DNA of 64,000 bases from Monocercomonoides exilis PA203 (lineage: Eukaryota; Protista; Preaxostyla). Location: the NCBI GenBank assembly GCA_001643675.2, contig LSRY02000042.1:310001-374000 (forward strand). Direction: 5' to 3'. Shown here piece by piece: positions 1 to 16,600 of the stretch (positions within the stretch are counted from its first letter, which is position 1; the number at the start of each line of letters is the position of its first letter). The position numbers and the translations under genes are program-made. The notes beneath the pieces are model-generated. The model saw only the letters and a list, made by a program, of their open reading frames with translations. It had not been told where the DNA came from and ran no database searches.

Positions 1-305
1 AAAAAAAATAATAATTTTTAAATATAAATATAAATATAAATATAAATATAAATATAAATATAAATATAAATATAAATATAAATATAAATATAAATATACA
101 AATATATAAAATAATTTTAATAAAAAAGAAAAAGAAATAGAAATAGAAATAGAAAAAGAAAAAGAAAAAGAAAAAAGGAAAAAGAAAAAGAAAAAGAAAA
201 AGAAAAAGAAAAAGAAAGAACTATTATTATTATAATTGTATTTTTCAGAAATAATAAATAAATAAATTTATTATTTATTTATTTATTTATTTATCTTCAT
301 CTTTA

Positions 306-5345
<5,040 letters not shown>

Positions 5346-5636
5346 TAATCAGTGAAAATGCTTTTAAAAAACAAAATTGATAAAAAATTCGCATATAACA
5401 GAAAAATGATATAAAATATTTTCAGTGAAGACATTAAATAACCTGTACAGCTAAAAATAACCCGCTGTCAAAAACAATAATAATTAGAATTAATTATGAA
5501 GGGTTCTCAAATGGCAGAAATCAATATAAAATGTGTTTAACATAACAATAAATAGGAATTATTGATGAAATCACTTTCAACAAACAAACTCAATTACTGG
5601 ATAGTGGGCTATCTTGATCAAGAAATTTTTATTTTG

Positions 5637-7819
5637 ATGACAGAAATTGAACTTACGCTGACTGTGGTGCCTGAATGCTTCGTTTATCGTCTTGGCCCTA
5701 GACCATCAGCTGCAGGATACATGTATGAAATTTAAAGCATTCTACATACATTTCGAATTTCTGCTTTTCAGGTGCCGTGATTGGAAGCCAGAGGATCACA
5801 TTTGGACTGGAAAAGTGACTGTGACCGCAAAAGGTGATTTATGCAACATACGTCTTGAAGATCCAAAAACTGGTATATACTTCTTTCTCATGGTTCAATT
5901 AAATGTTTTTCTTCAGGCGAAGTTTTTGCAAATTGCCCTGTGGCCGAAACAGGACCAAGTGCTGTCGAAAGAGCACTTGATTCTTCACGGTACTTCATTG
6001 TGCGAGTCGATGATGGTCAAGGTAATTTAAAATGATTTATTATTTATTTGTGGTTTAAAAGCTGTTCATGTGGCTCTATTCCAAAATTAACATCTCTTTT
6101 TAAGGACATCACGCGTTTGTTGGTCTTGGTTTTGAAACTCGGGAATATGCATTCGATTTTATGCACACCATATCCGAACATTTTCGGTTTGAATTTGAAT
6201 AATGTTTATCAATGAAAAAATAAAACCCTCTTTTAATACTTGATTTAAATTGATAGTCGATTGAGAGAAGACAAAGAAGCAGCAGCGCATCCTATTTCTC
6301 AGGTTCCTGTGAAGGATTGGTCATTAAAAGAAGGAGAAAAAATATCTGTCAAATTGAATTTGAAGGTTTTATAAATTATCATTGGTTATATTTGATTCAA
6401 TTAAATTTCAAAATACTCATTTTTTTTTTATTTTTTGATATTAAAAACAAATAACTTTTTAATTGACATTGATTAATTTTTTATCTTTTTTTTTATTCAT
6501 TTTATCAATCTCAAATTTTTTTCGGTTTTTTTCTCTTTTTCTTTTTCTCTCTCTCGAAAATCCTTCTTCTTCTTCTTCTTCTTCTTCTTCTTCTTCTTCT
6601 TCTTCTTCTTCTTCTTCTTCTTCTTCTTCTTCTTCTTCTTCTTCTTCTTCTTCTTCTTCTTCTTCTTCTTCTTCTTCTTCTTCTTCTTCTTCTTCTTCTT
6701 CTTCTTCTTCTTCTTCTTCTTCTTCTTCTTCTTCTTCTTCTTCTTCTTTTCTTTTTCTTCTTCTTCTTCTTCTTTTATTATTATTATTATTATTATTAAT
6801 TTGTTAATTAATTTTTATTTTTTAAAATCTTTTCAGCCCTCCTCCCGCCAAAAGTCCACTGAAGGCGCAACCTCCAGCGGAGGCAGTGATTTCCTCCTTC
6901 CTCCTGAAGAAGACACAGCACATGTGAAGAAATTGCATTCAACTGCTGCAAAACCAGCTCAAGTTTCACAGCCAGTTCAATCAACACAATCAGCACAAGC
7001 AACAGCAGCTAGCTTCTTTAATTTCACTTGTATGGATTTTGTGGTTATATTTTTTTCAAAAAAAATTTTTTTTTGTTTGTTACATTTATTTTATTTTATT
7101 TTATATTTCATTAAATTTATAATAATAATAATAATAATTTTTATTTATTTATTTATTAATTTTCTATTTGATTATTTCCGTATATTTCAATTCCAGCAAC
7201 ACCAGCTGTATCTCAAGCCCCTGCACCTGCACCTTCTTCAGCTCCAGTCTCAACCTCTTCTTCTAATTCAACTGATTTCCTCTCCTTCTTCACCACACCT
7301 TCTCCTTCATCATCTTCATCATCTCCTTCTCCTTCTCCTTCAATGCAACAAAACATTGGAGCAATAAACTCGACCTCTTCTTCTTCTTCTTCCACATCTG
7401 CTACTCCTGGTTTCTTTTTCTCTTCTTCTTCCCCTTCTCCTTCACCTTCCTCAAATAGCACAGCCTGGACTGGTTTTAGCTCTGCTCCTTCTCAACCAAT
7501 GCAATCAATGCAACAAACTCAATTTAATCAACCATTCCAAACTTCCCCTCCTTCAACAGTGCAAAGTCAACCTTCTCCTTCTCCTTTTGCTTGGCCTGGG
7601 ATGAGTGGAATGAGTGGAAGCAATGCATTCGGAGGAAGTCAAGTTAATACGCAAACGCAACAGCAGGCTTCTTCTGAGTGTGTTTATGATTTGAAAAGGG
7701 AAAAAAAAAAAATTTTTTTTTTTTTTTTCATATTCCTTTCATTTTCATTCTTTTGTTTTGTTTTCTATATTTATTATATTAATGAATATTTCAGTCCACT
7801 TGCTGGAATCAAATGGTAA
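5637..7819 (+). CDS. NECAP: NECAP-like adaptin ear-binding coat-associated protein (PHear domain), multi-exon
   Basis: Spliced translation MTEIELTLTVVPECFVYRLGPRPSAAGYMCRDW...WTGKVTV...IRLEDPKTGEVFANCPV...[38 protein letters not shown]...DWSLKEGEKISVKL matches the NECAP PHear consensus; GT-AG introns; ends SPLAGIKW-TAA. Confidence 0.9.
6563..6746. repeat. (TCT)n trinucleotide microsatellite in a NECAP intron
   Basis: About 60 uninterrupted TCT units between the donor near 6366 and the acceptor near 6837. Confidence 0.9.
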
Positions 7820-8535
7820 ACCTCTTTCCTTCTGCAAAATGAATAGAGAGAGAGAGAGAAAAGGAGAAAGAAAGAAAGAGAAAGGAAAGGAAAGGGGAAA
7901 AAAAAAATAAAGAAAGAGAAAGAAATAATTCCCTTCTTCATTTTTCTTTTTGTTTTTCTTTTCTCTCTTGCAATAGCAATTATTCCGAATATATCATTAA
8001 ATCTAACTGTTATTAGCTCCATTTTCAATGAGAAAGAGTAAATGCTTCTGAAGATTGCATTGATAATTTGAACATTTGGAAAAAATAAGTCAAATATTAT
8101 TTTTTTTAATGATTTTCTTTTATTATTATTTAAATCCTCATTATTAAAATGATGATGATTATTAACAAGACTTTGAGCATTACATTATCACATCAATTAA
8201 CTTTGTTGCAACATGAGGGGAAAAAGAAAAAATATTATTATTATTATTATAATGATCAATATTTCTTGTTTTGCTTTTTGTTTTTTTTGAATCTTTAAAT
8301 AAAAAAATAAATAAAAATAAAAACTTATTGAAATGAATTGAAATGAAACAAAAACAAAAACAAATAAATATTTTAATCATCACCTCCTCTTCCTCCTCCC
8401 TCTTTCTTTTTTTTTCCTCTTCCTCTTTCCTCTTCTCCCTCTTTCCTCTTCTCCCTCTTTCCTCTTCTCCCTCTTTCCTCCTCCCCTTCTTCCTCTTCTC
8501 TCTCTTCTTTCCTCTTCTTCTCCCTCTTCCCCTCC

Positions 8536-10155
8536 TCACAAATCAAACTTCCCACTCAAAAACGCCACAAAGCCATACAAATAAGCTGTCACTTTCCTCT
8601 TGTCAAACAACATCCCATCCAGCGCTTTTCTCGCTGCTTCTGCTTCTTCATGACTAGAAAACTCCACAAACACCCGAACTTCTTCTTTGACTTCGTTTTC
8701 TTCTTGTTTTTTTTCTTTTTCTTTCTCTTTCTCTCCCTTCTCTCCCTTCTCTCCCCTCTTCTTTTCCTCCTTCCTCTTCTTCTTCACCATCACCTGTTTC
8801 ACCGTCACTTGCTTCACATCTCCGTATTTCTGACACTCGCCAAAGACATCTTCCTCCAAATTCTCATCCACTTTGTTCGCATCTACAAGATTCAACAGAC
8901 ATAATATTGGACTTTCATTGGAAGTTTTTGCTTTTTCATCATCGTCTTCTTCTTCTTCTTCTTCTTCGAATTTTTCTCTTTCTCTTTCTCTTTCTCTTTC
9001 TTCATCATTATCATCTTCATCATCTTCATCGTCATCTTCTTCTTCTTCTTCTTTCATTGAATTCCCATTCATTTCCTTCTCCTTCTCTCTCTCAATTTCC
9101 ATCTTCATCTGTTCAGCCATCTTTGCCTGTGCTTTCGCCTGAAATGAAGCTATTACTGGGTTTGTAGATGAAAAAGGCAGTGAAGAAGAAGAAGAAGAAG
9201 AAGAATAAGGAATAGGAAGAGGAGGAGGAAGAGGAGGAAACGGATGAATGAGTGAGGAAGAGGGATCAGTTGAAGGAAAAGAAGAAGAAATAGAAGAAGA
9301 AATAGAAGCAATAGAACCAGCATTAGAAGCAATAGAAGCATTAGAAGCACTTGAATTCGAATACGACACAGGCAGATTCGGGTCGTTCACCCGGAGGTTG
9401 CGCCCGTTCAGAGGGAACTGGTTCATCGTCGCCTTGGCCAGTTGCGCAGACTGCGGGTTGTCGTAGTCAATGAAGCAGAATCCCTTGTGCTTCCCTGTCA
9501 AAGGGTCTGGCACAAGATTCATTGAAACAATGTTCCCGAACGGCGCAAACAGCGCTCGCAGCTCGGGCTCTGTGATGTCGTACGACACGGAGCCGACGTA
9601 AATCCGCGTCAATGGACCATTCTTGGGGGGTGCTGGTGCTGAAAGGCCAGGCTTCATTTGAGGAAATGAGGAAGTCGGCTGGGGTAGTTGCTGAGGCTTC
9701 ATGTGTTGCGAAAAACTATGATCAGGTAGTAACTGTATTCCAGAATTTTGTTTAAAATTGATTGGTTCTTTGGCTAGCTTTGCATCATCTATTCGAATTG
9801 GGCAGGAAAATGAATGGATGATATTTATTTCCTTTCCAAGTATCCGAAAATGATTCATTTCTTGTGCTGCTAAATTCGCAGAATCAATGTTTTCAAATTG
9901 GATCGATGCAATTAAAGACGGATTCAATGAAAACTTATCGCGTCCAATTTTGATTTCAACAATTTTTCCAAATGGATCAAAAAAAGTGTGAAGAAGTGAA
10001 TCAGAAACTGAAGAATGAAGGTTTTGGATAATAATAAATCTTGAAGAAAAAAGCTTTTCTTCATTTTTAGCTTTTTCAATTGCAGTCTTTTTTGCCTCGT
10101 CCTTCAAAATGAAAGAAAGTGTTTCATCGCAGCACAATTGTTGCTTTTGCGACAT
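8536..10155 (-). CDS. PUF60: PUF60/half-pint-like splicing factor (2 RRMs + C-terminal UHM)
   Basis: RRM with RIYVGSVSYDITEPELRALFAPFGNIVSMNLVPDPLTGKHKGFCFIDY; a second degenerate RRM; C-terminal UHM ILCLLNLVD...LEEDVFGECQKYGDV...VRVFVEF...ARKALDGMLFDKRKV. The frame is open to 10452; the start at 10155 is inferred. Confidence 0.8.
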   Translation of the reverse strand: MSQKQQLCCDETLSFILKDEAKKTAIEKAKNEEKLFSSRFIIIQNLHSSVSDSLLHTFFDPFGKIVEIKIGRDKFSLNPSLIASIQFENIDSANLAAQEMNHFRILGKEINIIHSFSCPIRIDDAKLAKEPINFKQNSGIQLLPDHSFSQHMKPQQLPQPTSSFPQMKPGLSAPAPPKNGPLTRIYVGSVSYDITEPELRALFAPFGNIVSMNLVPDPLTGKHKGFCFIDYDNPQSAQLAKATMNQFPLNGRNLRVNDPNLPVSYSNSSASNASIASNAGSIASISSSISSSFPSTDPSSSLIHPFPPLPPPLPIPYSSSSSSSSLPFSSTNPVIASFQAKAQAKMAEQMKMEIEREKEKEMNGNSMKEEEEEDDDEDDEDDNDEEREREREREKFEEEEEEEDDDEKAKTSNESPILCLLNLVDANKVDENLEEDVFGECQKYGDVKQVTVKQVMVKKKRKEEKKRGEKGEKGEKEKEKEKKQEENEVKEEVRVFVEFSSHEEAEAARKALDGMLFDKRKVTAYLYGFVAFLSGKFDL

Positions 10156-10361
10156 TTGACTTCTGTACAAATTTGTTTTATCGTAAAAATCAAATTCATC
10201 GTGCGGCACAGACTGAAATGCATGAGCTATTTTTCTACGAAATGATAAACATTTGTCAAATTGAACTTTTTCTTCAATCATTTTTATTATTGTTTCTTCG
10301 ATCAATCTTATTTTGCACTTTGAGAACTCATTCAAATTTGTGTTTGAAGAGAATTTTTCCG

Positions 10362-11123
10362 ATGCAGCCAACATTTTTGGATATTCCTTTTGACTCATCT
10401 GTAACATTTCAAGACGATCAAAGGCAAACAAATGATGATGAGATAGATCCACCGCTTCTGGAAGGTATTTGATTTCTCCATGACTTTCGCTATTATTTAT
10501 TCTTATTTAAAGAGTTGGGCATTGAACCAAAGGAATTCTTAATGCGCTTAATTAGTGTTCTTAATCCATCTGCTAAGGCAAATGCTGACTTGTGGATGGA
10601 TGGAGATATGTCAGGATTTATTCTTTTCGGATTTGCCCTTAGCTTTCTGTTACTTCTGGTTTGTGTAAGTCAGTACTTGCTTCTCTTTATTTATTTTTAA
10701 TTATTTCAGAAAGGCAAAATACATTTTGGATATATTTTTGGTCTTTCTGTAATTGGAGGATTTATGGTGTATTTTCTTATCGATATGATGAGTCAGGGCG
10801 GAAGTATAACTGCATATAATGCGTATTCTGTTCTAGGATTTTGCCTATTTCCTCTCATGTTATTGGCATTGCTGTCTCTCTTTATGAAGTTGTCGTTTGC
10901 TCAATTTTTAACCAATTTTATTTCTTAACATTTTCTAAACTTGTATTTTGTAATGAACAGTGGAGTATTTGGAATAATATGTACAATATTGATATGTGGA
11001 TGGTGTACTATTTCTGCTTCGTTAACATTTGTGGAAATGATGGGGCAAAAAGAATTACTTGCATTAATTTCATATCCACTATTTCTATTCTTCCTCACTT
11101 TCGCTCTAAATACTCTGTTTTGA
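10362..11123 (+). CDS. YIP1: Yip1 family (YIPF5/7-like) ER-Golgi membrane protein, 4 exons
   Basis: DDEIDPPLLE|ELGI signature, DGDMSGFILFG, GKIHFGYIFG, YSVLGFCLFPL, GWCTISAS, LISYPLFLFF; GT-AG introns; TGA at 11121-11123. Confidence 0.9.
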
Positions 11124-11542
11124 ACTCTTCACCATCATGTCACAACATCTCCTTCGCGTATTCGTCACAGCTTCATCTCACACAACTCGTCTTCCTCTAT
11201 TTCAGTATTTTTTTATTGATTTTTAAAAAATTATTTTTTATTTTCATTTATGTTTTTGAAAAGAGAAAAAATCGAATGAATGAAAAAATTGTGTGCGAAC
11301 AGTTTTATAAAAAAACAGAAAAGGTGTTATTTTACAAACTTGGAAATTTTCATAACTGACTGTAGAAAATTCAAAATAAATCGCAAATAATCTTTATGCA
11401 TGAACCAGAAATATTTCAATTTCGAAAAGATAAATTTTTTGTTTAAAAAAAGGAGATTATTTATTTCTTGGTCCGCAAAATAGGCCTTTGCGACAAGGAA
11501 GAATAAAGCGATGCATATCGGTCGAATGACAAAAACAATGTG

Positions 11543-11544
<2 letters not shown>

Positions 11545-11606
<62 letters not shown>
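11545..11606. repeat. Poly(T) tract of about 60 nt
   Basis: Read directly, in the convergent YIP1-Rab intergenic region. Confidence 0.9.
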
Positions 11607-11610
<4 letters not shown>

Positions 11611-11931
11611 GAAACAAAGCAATTTGAAAATTAGAGTTTGGCTACATAAACATTCAATTATTATTGAAATTAATTCCCGCAATGTTGCTTGCCAGATCAA
11701 CCAGTATTTTGCTCAATTCTCTCATTTGTTCAAAATTATCAACTTAACGTTAAAAATAAAAAAACAATAGGGCAAAAATAAAACAAATTCGAATAAAAAC
11801 AAAACACACAAAACAGAAAAAAAGTACACTCGAAAATAAAACCATGAACAGAAAACTGAAGGCAAAAAAGATGAATTATTGGATTGCGCAAAAGCAAATT
11901 CTTTGTTGCAGAGAAACATAAACGATAAGCT

Positions 11932-12732
11932 TCAACTCCAACACATAATTCTGTTGGGTTTGGCATCAGCTTGAATTTTCACAACCTGTTGTCCGTCATC
12001 ACTTTTAATGGCTTTTCTTCTTAAAACCGTTCGAATAATATCAAGAAACACTTGTTTGACGATCACGTTGTCTTTCGCTGAAATTTCGAAATGCGTCGTG
12101 TTGCCCTTTGACTCGCACCACTCCTCAGCTTTCCTTGAGGACACAGCTCTCGATTCTTCCAGATCAGTCTTGTTCCCGATTACAAAAAATGGAAAATGCT
12201 TCGGAACTGGAGGCTTATTTTGGCGCAGAAATTCGTCTCTCCAATATTCTAATTTGTCAAACGATTTTGGTGAAGTCACGTCGTAAACAAGGATGCACAC
12301 ATCCATCTTCCAGTAAAAACTTAATCCAATAGAACCAAATCGTTCCACTTGGACTACAGATTTCAAAATAATAAAATTTCGCACAGACATTTTGAAAAAA
12401 AGAATAAATCATTTGACTTGTATTCATGATAAAAGAAAGAGCAAACATATATCATATATTTTGAGGATCACATTCCTTCCATCAACAACGACTTCCTGCA
12501 CATTGCAAACATCAATCAAAATTTCGACAAATTGATGAATGAAAATCCATTCATCCTATGCATTTGAAGCAAATTTCAAACAAATAAGGCAAACCTTTTT
12601 CACTGCATCATCATGGATTGTCAAGGATCCATTATCAAATTTATCATGAATAAATTGATAAAACAAAGATGTTTTCCCGACTCCATATTCGCCAAGTGCA
12701 ATAACCTTTAATGAAACAGGCCTAGTTGACAT
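11932..12732 (-). CDS. Divergent Rab7-like small GTPase, 3 exons
   Basis: Spliced: MSTRPVSLKVIALGEYGVGKTSLF...KK|EVVVDGRNVILKIYDIF|QVERFGSIGLSFY...CILVYDVT...WRDEFL...FPFFVIGNKTDLE...FEISAK...IMCWS. WRDEFL and FPFFVIGNK are Rab7-type. Confidence 0.85.
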
Positions 12733-13697
12733 CAACCCCGCGCTGCTCTCGAAAACTCAATCTTTTTTCTTCACTTCTCAGAAATAAATTAGTTATGGTA
12801 TCAATATTTTGGATCGTATTTCTGTATTCTTTTTTTTTTTTTAAACTGCAAGCTTCTTGAAAAGTAATCTATGAATTTTCCTCTTCGCAAAACAACAATG
12901 TTTATTAAATATTTTTGATTTCTTTCTTTAATTCAAAACTATGCTGATGAAGTTGGGTGATTTGAATAATGGAGATTTTTTTAATAACCATACATTAATT
13001 TGAATCAATGACTCTCAATTCAAATAAAAGGGCAATTATTAAAAATCAACACGGGAAAAAAAATTAGAAAATGGGTGATTTTTTTTGATATCATGAAAAA
13101 TTCCGACGTTTGATCAAAAAAATTTTTCATTAAGGGTTGGGTTGATTAGAAAATATTTTTGTTTAATTATGCAAAAATATTCATTAATATATGATTATTA
13201 TTTATTATTTGTTGATTTTAATTTGTTTCCAATTGTTTTTATTTCATATTTTATAAAAATTATAAAATATTAATCAAAAATATAAAGAATTCAATAAAAA
13301 GAACAAGATGCTTGCTTAATCGTTAATACAACATGATAATAATAACTTCGATACGTTATTAATCAATTTTTTATATAAAAACTTGTTTTATGATGTCATT
13401 TCAAAGTATTTTAGAAATTGAAATTGAAGATCAAAAAACTTTAGATAAAAACAATCAATTTTCAATAATAAACATTGAAAAATATGATGGAAACACATAA
13501 TATTTGTAGAAAAAACTATTGTTTATTGTTAATAATTGTTTTTAAATTAATAATTCTGGAAATTAGTTATTCAAATTAATTGATCAAAGCTATTGAAAAA
13601 AAATACAAAGAAATTATGAATAAATAAATAGAAATACAAATATTTCTGTTTCAGATACAACAAAATATTTTGATGAACAGCTGGCTTTATTTTTTAA

Positions 13698-16600
13698 CTA
13701 TTCTCCACCTCTTAGGAATCGCCTTCCTTGTTCACTGAGTCCCACTTTCATTGTTTCTCTTTCAGCTGATCCGCTTTTCGCTCGATGCTCCTTTTTAACA
13801 CAAACTTCCCAATAACCCCTTTCATATGTGACTGCGGAGGCAGCAAAAAGGGAGTGGGTATCTGGATCATTGCACTTTCGCTTCAGCATCCTAGTCACAG
13901 TCATTTATCCTCATCGATTCTCCATCCACTTTTGCGAAACTCGCATTCCTCTTGCTTTCATCCCTTTGAGGTGTTTAAGCTTCTCTCATTTGCTGTTTTC
14001 TACAAACCCAGAGCAGAATTCGTATTGAAATCTTCAAACTTCACAATCATTATGCTCTCATAAGTCTGGCGATATCCAGCTTGCGCTTGTCAGCGGTGTG
14101 AGCGAAGAGTTGCAATGTTGTGCATCAACTTCAACCTCACGCCTCCACTTTATCATCTTCTGCTGTTCCAAGCTGATATTCTGCTGACAAAATATATGCT
14201 TCTCTATCTGCCAGTTCGGCTCCGCGCTTGTCCACCTGGGACCCACATCCACAGCCGTCCTACACATCAACCACCAGAGTTGCCTTTCCAACATTCGAAT
14301 TAAATCTGTTTAGAAAAATATTGTTCTTGTTGGCTTTAACTCTGCCAGCTCGCTGATGTTCATTTCTCAATTTCTGTCACATCTTTTCACATTATTCAAA
14401 CTCTTTTGCACGGTCTTCCCTCTTCTCCATCCTTTTCGGATCTCTTGCTTTTATCTCCTGACTCTTTTCTCCAACAGAGATGCATCTGAACCTCAACTCC
14501 AAGCTCCATTGTTTTCGAAGAGAAAATCTGCCAGACAGCTTCTTTAGCATGTTCTACTCTCTTCGACGACCATTTTGCTGAACCAGCTCGTCATCAACAC
14601 GCTTTATCATTTCAAAAAAAAAACCCAACGGATCTCGCAAATTTTGCTGATGCTCTGAAAAAGCTTTCCACATTTTGTGCATAACAGTGGTGCTTATATA
14701 ATTGCACCTCGTCTTCACTTGAAGCCTGCTCGGTAAACAGAGAATATCCACAGTATTCACAAGGCTCTATCAGCAACTGGTCAGAAATGAACATACGAGT
14801 AACCACATTTGAAACACAAAATTTAAAGGAATACATTCGCAAATTGGATTTTCTTCTTATCATTTTCCAGAGTAACACAGCAGTCACAGTCTTCTTAGTT
14901 AAAGGAAGCATGTGCCCCCAACAGCTGTTTGTTCGCCAATAACAAGGCAGCTACAATCAGTTATTGTTATCAAAATGGAAACAACATACAGTCATATGCC
15001 TGAATGTTCAACCTTTTTTCACTCTGATGGTTAACAGGAATTCCAGCTTTTTTCTTCATATGGCTCCTCATTTACAGATATGCCCTTCACTGCGTGGATG
15101 ATCAGTTCCTTTCCCTTCTCTTCGTTGTTGATCTCTTTATAAATCAGGAAAAATCCACAGACAGAATGATTCAAATAAATAACAATTGCACCTTTCTCAG
15201 TAGTAGTATTACGTTCTGGCTCTTCTTCGTCTTCTGTTCCAGCTTCTCCTATTTTCCAGTTAACTTCTTTCTTTTTTATCTCTTCAATTTTTTTCAATCC
15301 GATTTCCATTCATCATTCATTGTGAAAACAACTCTTTTCGTCTCTTTCTCTTAATACTCATCATTAACTTATCAATCTTTTTCGCATTATTATCTGTTTC
15401 ATTTCTTCAGAAATGACCATCATCTTTATTTCAATTATTATTTCTTGAACACATGCGAAAAATAAAGAAACTCAATCATTTTTAGTGAGTGATGATGACA
15501 ATGAAGGTGTGTGATATGTTTTTTCAGCACAAGAAGAAAAAGACGAAGAAGAAGAAGAAGCTAGCAAATTGAATAATGAAAAACAAATTCGCACTTTAAC
15601 TTGGCATTTTCTCAGAATGTTTCAGTTCTTTTGAAATACAACTCTTTTCTTCATCTTCTTCTTTTGTTGTTCTTTCAAAAAAGATAAGTTTTCCGAATTG
15701 TCATCTTCTCCTTTTTCTGCAGTTGAAAATGTGCTTTTATTGTGAAACACATCTGCGAAGCTTTCAAATTGAACAGCCTGCCTGTCAAAATACAGATCAT
15801 CTTGAATATGAAAAACCTTCATCCACCAAACAACAAGAAAGCGATTCAACATTCTGCTTGATCCACACTTTCCTCTGCTTCGCACAACCTTTGAAAAATG
15901 AATCACTTCTTTCAATCTTCTTCTTCTTCTGATACGAGGCAAATGCCTCCCACTTTTTCTCAGCCTGCTCCAGCGCCTTCTTTTGCTCGTCTTCGAGCTT
16001 TTCCCGATCTTTCTCCGAGTTTTCCTTCTCTTCCTCCAGCAGCTCCTCTCTCTCCTTCTCTGTCTCTTTCTTCTGCATCTTCTCCATCTTCGGCTATATA
16101 GCTTTCTCCAACTCAATTCGTTCGATGCGGCTTGGAATAGCCGACAATTTTGGCTCAGGAAAGCACATTGACGAAGAAGAAACTGGATACAATATTTGAT
16201 TTGTGAAAGTTGGAGTATTGGTGGAAGAAGGAGATATAGATAACTTTGAAAAAGGAGGTGAAAGTGATGGTGTTGAAGGAGGTAAAGCATTATCAATATG
16301 ACAGAAATCAGATGGAATATGTGAGGAGAAAAAAGAAGGTTATGATGATGATAAGATTGAAGAAGAAGAAAAGTTTGTCGATGTCGTTTGCTGAGGAATT
16401 GACTGAAGAGTCTGATTCGGTCCAATTGACATTGTGTTAATAGCATTTTGCTGGTAAAAAGGCAAGCTTATAATTCTTTCTGCTTCTCTTTCTCTTTCTT
16501 CTCTCAGCTTCCTTTCTTTGATTCGCATCAATCTTTCGTCTATTTCCTTCTTAACCTTCATCAAATATTCCTTTCACCACATCCTGTCTTTTTCTTCCTC

